This document shows, piece after piece, positions 60,830-64,000 of a DNA stretch of 64,000 nt. The stretch is taken from assembly GCA_030704615.1 (NCBI GenBank), contig CM060734.1, forward strand, positions 13,950,001 to 14,014,000, written 5' to 3'. Source of the stretch: Takakia lepidozioides. Its lineage: Eukaryota; Plantae; Bryophyta. Numbering within the stretch: the first letter of the stretch is position 1; the number at the start of each line of letters is the position of its first letter. The position numbers were made by a program, and so were the translations under genes. Under the pieces are notes generated by a model that saw only the letters and a program-made list of their open reading frames with translations, ran no database searches and was not told the origin of the DNA.

Positions 60830-63800
60830 TCTCCTGTCTGGTGCACGAAACTCCCCCCCTCTTTCGAGCATCAGGAAAGGGCGCAGAGGGGTGATGAGGA
60901 GACACCGACAAAAGTAGATGAAACGGCGGTGATGCACCACTGGGTTCGAAAGGGTTGGACGAAAGTGTCTCCTCGTGGACTTTGCGTCATTACAAAATTC
61001 AAACGTTCAGGGTACCCTGCCGTCCGCGGTCAGGCCGCGCCGCTCATGCCCTCAGTCAGATAGACGACATGTGCAGCAATTCCGTTGCTCCACGTGTTCA
61101 CATTTCAAGGCATTTCGTCCAGCGTCTGATGAGTTGGAGCGGAAAATGCGAATGCGGCGCCGCATTTCCGTAAGATGCGATCGGGCTGCGCGCAGCTGAT
61201 CGAGCACCGAACCCCCCATTTTGCTTCTGTAATTTTTAGACTGAATGCTAGGAGACTTGAATGCAGAACATGTTTGCATGCCTAACAGGAAAGGTGGACG
61301 TGCTGGAGGGATCGCAGGAATCCAAAGAGCCGCAGGAAGAGTCCGAGGAGCTAGCTGCAGCACGTACACCCACCGATCCCGAGCGCGGGTATTCCTGCCG
61401 GGCCTAGCCCTGTGCGATTCAAAGACGCGTCTTCGAAGGACAAGTTCAAAGCCCCAGAGATCGACTTGCGTTCTTCGGTCATGGAGAATCGCCAGCAGGG
61501 GTCGGGCCCTTCTCCAGCAAAGTCGAAGAAGAAGAACAAGCAGCCCGTCCCTCTACTGGCTTCTGAACCGGCTCAGGCCGATTCACCCCCCCAACGCGAA
61601 TGAAGCAGCAGGGTAGAAGACAGATTCAATTGCAGCAGACACCTTCACCTGCAAGGATGAGGAAGCAGAAGGCAATCAGGGCGACGGGCGAACAATCTCC
61701 CGCAAAACCGCTTCCACGAGCTGAAGCTCAGTTCCTGGAGGATTTCCCGCCTGCAGATGTTGGGGCCGACTCTGCTGCAGCGAAGGCAATGGGATCGACC
61801 GTTGATCTCGATTTGGTACCGGAGGAGGGTGCTGCCGCTCAACGTTCGCAGCAAGACCTCACCACCGATGAGCAAGCAGGCCCGGAGGAGGCCTCTGCAA
61901 TGGCAGAATTGCCCGCAGACAGGCCCCAGAGTGCAGCTCCAGTTGAGGATGCTCCAGCTGCTCAGCCACTACCGGCACCTACAGACATGTCTCCGGAGGA
62001 TTTCAAAAGTGCAGCGGATAAAATGTTGGAGAGACACACAGTAGCATTGGCAGAGTTCTGGGCAGCAGGGTATTCCAGCGGACTCTTCGAATCCCACTCT
62101 GTCGCATGGTCTCCCTTCCCATCGTCAGGCAGGCCCTTCCCGGAGATGTGGATAAGCTCAAGTTCGCATTTCGAGAAGGGTACCGTCTGGGATCGCAGCG
62201 CGTTTTACGTTTCCATTGAGAATGAGGACGGCGAAACTCGTGGACCCACTGCCGATGAATTGTCAACGTGGGATACCCACTGGCACACTCGCAACACGAA
62301 TTCGAGGCGACGCTGAAGGGTGATCCAGACTTCGGCCATATGTCGGGTAAAATGTTCTTTGTGTGGGACGGAATCACCGACTTCTCGCCTGGTGGGAGTA
62401 CATCAAGCAGAACCATGCCAAGCACATTGGCTGGCATTACATGGTGGAGTGTGTCATCCTCAAGGTGAAGGCGGCAGACTCCTCCCTGCTCAAGAATGCC
62501 ATGGCGGACCTCAACTCGTAAGATACTCATACCCTCCCTAGCACGTTCGAAATGCGGTGCCGCATTTCGGTTTCCATTCTGGTTTGTTTCCGTGCTTCCG
62601 TGTACTGAACTGGAGAGTGTGCCTTGCAGGGTCACTGAGAATGCGTACGTGCATACCCACATGGCACTATGCTGTACAGGGTGAGGAAAACTGGTCTCAC
62701 TGATCCGCATGTTTGCGGAAATGCTGGAGCCCGAGCTCATTCAGAAAGCCGTTGCAAAAACAGACCGGACATGGTATCGTCTCACTATGGATGGAATGGT
62801 GGAGGTGATATACGAAGTAAGTCGTCCTCCAATTTCCCTCTGCTCATCCTTCCCCAATTTCAGTAATGTTTCCACATGAATCGAATGTAACGCTTCTGCA
62901 TGTTTTTGTTGGCAGTCAAACATCAAGCTGGATTTGGCCCATGCCAAACGCTTCTTCATGGAAAGTGAGGGGCAGGTCAAAACGTTGCAGTCATTGACTG
63001 AGCACTTGAAGGAAGCCGGTGTCAAGTCCAGAACCAAATACAAGTCAAAGCTTGTGAAGCTGGTGGCAATTGCAGATCCGGCACTTGGAAAGGACTTCAT
63101 CCCCGAGATTGCAAAACACTATTCTCGGGCCATGCAGCCGACCATGCAATTGGAGAAACTGCATCACCTCTCAACGGCATGTGTGGAGGCGAAAGAGAAG
63201 GTGAGGTTTCAATGCACTGAAGTTCCTTCCTAGCAATAGCCACTCTCTTCCAGCTCCACATTGGATCGGAAATGGCAGACACGGTGGCTGTCGATCTGGA
63301 ATGCATCCGAGAGCATAAGGACAATGTGGTCTTTTCCACGAAGTTTCCGACCCTGCAGTGGATGTGTGGCTCAACCGTATGACTTGGTGGTTCCAGGTAA
63401 TTCAAGGTACTTCCCCAGATTTGCTTTTCTGACATGAATTCCCTGAACTGCTACGTGACAATGCATTTGGGAATCGCAGGTAATGTCGAATGCGAAGGAG
63501 CAAGTCGTAATGCACACAAATTCGTTCGGCTTGTACGTCAAATGGGATGGAACACAGACATTGGAAGACTACGTGACACGTTTCAGATGTGCGTACAAGG
63601 ACAACCTTTTCGCCAGAGAGCTACAGACAGCAAGAAGGAGCGTGGAGTTTACACATCAGGAGGGAGCGGGGAAAGCTGCAATGCGAATTGTTTACAGGTG
63701 AAGCACAGCTGCCCTTGTATGCGAAGCCTGGTTACGAGGTTTGTCTCGGAAATGCGGCACCGCATTCGCATTTTATGTTTTCGGTGGCACTCTGCCAGTA

Positions 63801-64000
63801 GGTTGGTCTCAACTTTTGCTCACGCATGCTGACTGCCTTGCAGGTATATGAAATACGTGCTCCTTCAGACAGGGGCCCTGGCTCAAGAGCCCCCGTTCTT
63901 CATGGCTTGGACCGTGGCGGGCCCAAGCTGTGTCTACACACCCGAGATGCAGAAACAATGGCATCCCGCGCATCTCGTTGGATGCCCGTGGTACCTGGAC
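60830..64000 (+). CDS. Element B cargo gene (ParB-like domain and middle region; methyltransferase part predicted beyond the window; start approximate)
   Basis: SAFYVSIENEDG; MSGKMFFVWDG(N)HRLLAW at ~62340-62392; VTENAY; LAHAKRFFMESE..KYKSKLVKLVAIADPALG; EPPFFMAW..CPWYLD. All collinear with the element A cargo. Confidence 0.8.

Larger units (their letters stand above)
53584..64000 (-). mobile_element. Element B: second large MULE of the same clade, inverted relative to A, running off the window
   Basis: Terminus GAGGTTTACTATTTCATGAGC followed by CATGAGC tandem repeats; same two-gene divergent layout. Predicted TSD (G)ATTTATCA. Confidence 0.9.

Overview
Eukaryotic, TE-dense DNA from a land plant, probably a non-seed (bryophyte-like) lineage; this is inferred from PLS-class PPR fragments, short GT-AG introns, a telo-box and MSA promoter motifs. 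Two host genes are recognisable: RPL38 (954-1163, -) and a two-exon UVI4/OSD1-like gene (13149-14229, +). The rest is nested hAT, LINE, Copia, Gypsy and Mutator-like (MULE) elements. The main finding is a MULE clade with one complete ~12.4 kb copy (element A, 38951-51374; short TIRs, 8-9 bp TSD AAATGAAG[G]), a second large copy (element B, 53584 to beyond the window end) and several relics. Elements A and B each carry a DDE/SWIM transposase and a divergently transcribed spliced cargo gene. In A the cargo joins a ParB/Sulfiredoxin-like domain (VRP...DGNHR) to a beta-class N4/N6 DNA amino-methyltransferase-like domain (DIPD ... ILDLTCGTGAS ... RHVFAFEPD); in B only the ParB half lies inside the window. 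Arrays of an 18-bp palindrome lie between the two genes, in cargo introns and near the ends, and its arms are element-specific (A: AAATTC-GGCGCC-GAATTT; B: AAATGC-GGYRCC-GCATTT with ~52-53 bp spacing; a third relic: ATAGTC-GKTGCM-GACTAT). This resembles a transposon-encoded ParB/parS-like, sequence-specific self-marking or anti-silencing system. Domain calls are from motif inspection only; no searches were run.
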